Source: Bacteroidales bacterium
GTDB lineage: Bacteria; Bacteroidota; Bacteroidia; Bacteroidales; GCA-2711565
NCBI GenBank assembly: GCA_028280405.1
Contig: JANQLW010000022.1
Location: 64,212-128,211, forward strand
Direction of reading: 5' to 3'
DNA length: 64,000 nucleotides
The notes under the pieces: model-generated
Seen by the model: the letters and a program-made list of their open reading frames with translations, nothing else
Databases searched by the model: none
Told to the model about the DNA's origin: nothing
Program-made: the position numbers and the translations under genes
Shown here: positions 63,325-64,000 of the stretch, one piece after another
Position numbering within the stretch: the stretch's first letter is position 1
Layout: every line of letters starts with the position of its first letter

Positions 63325-64000
63325 TATTTCGGAAAAACTTTAATCTGTAAACAAAAATTGTCCCGACCAGTGCAGGAATAATAATATTGATTAACCAAAG
63401 AGCTGAAGAAGCCGTAAATGCTGCCAGCCCAACTTCATCATTATAAAGCCCGGTATCTTTATAATAAACTTCAAACAAAAAAATGATCACACTTCCCCGA
63501 ACTCCCAATTCTGTTAAGGCAATTGTAGGAATAGCTGCAAGTACATAATACATTACAGAAGTGATCATTAAAGAATGTAATATTGGTATTTGCAAGCCAA
63601 GAATTCTGAGTAACAAATAAAACTGGAAATTAAAGATCAGAAATCTTGCAAAACTGTATGATAATACTTTAAATAATTCTTTATTAGAATATTTCTGAAG
63701 AACCCTTACATAGGATTTAAATTTTACCCAATTTTTGCTTACATACTTATCAATGATATTTGAAACCAAAGAAATATTAAAATAAAACAGAATGAAAAAG
63801 CCAACGGAAATAATGGAAAGGAAATAAATGGCCCAGCTAAAGTCTATATTAAAAAAATCTTCAATATCAATATACTTGGGAAGAAATATCATTAAAGCCA
63901 AACAGCCACAAATAAGTGTAATCATTAACTGGCTGATACTCCCAACAATGGTAACAATAATCCCCTGCCAACGGGTAGCTTTTCTGAGAATAAAGATTCG
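63317..64000 (-). CDS. Polytopic membrane protein (lysylphosphatidylglycerol-synthase-TM / flippase-like family); the 5' end lies outside the window
   Basis: The minus-strand frame stays open from 63925 to the window edge (RIFILRKATRWQGIIVTIVGSISQL-MITL...). It has multiple TM helices and overlaps the GT2 start by 8 nt. Confidence 0.6.
   Translation of the reverse strand, partial: RIFILRKATRWQGIIVTIVGSISQLMITLICGCLALMIFLPKYIDIEDFFNIDFSWAIYFLSIISVGFFILFYFNISLVSNIIDKYVSKNWVKFKSYVRVLQKYSNKELFKVLSYSFARFLIFNFQFYLLLRILGLQIPILHSLMITSVMYYVLAAIPTIALTELGVRGSVIIFLFEVYYKDTGLYNDEVGLAAFTASSALWLINIIIPALVGTIFVYRLKFFRNNA

Noticed and set aside
1-64000. tRNA, rRNA, riboswitch, transposase/integrase and prophage genes
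   Set aside because: Reading both strands, I found no tRNA-like T-arm or acceptor patterns and no rRNA-like stretches. None of the supplied ORF translations show DDE transposase, tyrosine or serine recombinase motifs or phage structural hallmarks. Absence was judged by eye only.

Overview
The window is an AT-rich chromosomal segment. SusC/SusD pairs, ECF sigma/FecR pairs, TTTG-N19-TAnnTTTG-type promoter boxes and a DUF3098 gene after ftsX all point to Bacteroidota. I found no rRNA, tRNA, CRISPR array, transposase or integrase. Housekeeping genes: truncated tricorn-like S41 peptidase, dcp, aspS, leuS, ftsX, uppP, truB, queA, ispD. Accessory content, in order: (1) a four-gene operon of secreted proteins or lipoproteins ending in an 871-aa leucine-rich-repeat protein (9073-13749). 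(2) Two paralogous ECF-sigma / FecR / SusC / SusD / TlpA-thioredoxin loci (14024-23286 and 23895-35760). The second is split between sigma and anti-sigma by a two-gene insertion (AlbA_2/HATPase-like gene plus a frameshifted DUF1016 nuclease gene). (3) A 1969-aa alpha-2-macroglobulin-family gene with no thioester motif. (4) A LytS-type kinase / LytTR regulator pair directly upstream of (5) a complete class I lanthipeptide cluster (44965-53703). It contains a LanC remnant, a 61-aa GG-leader precursor, LanC, a split LanB (741 aa + 302 aa), a C39-peptidase ABC exporter and HlyD. This cluster is the strongest candidate for a new system, because I do not recognise the predicted 31-aa core peptide. 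The intergenic regions also carry several families of structured repeats: a conserved ~71-nt element at the 3' end of both Sus-like loci, a GGGAAGCCATCC palindromic 12-mer, CCTGTCAGG palindromic terminators, short-period word repeats, and a 2 x 184-bp tandem repeat of four mini-hairpins each. All calls come from reading the supplied translations and sequence by eye; no database searches were run.
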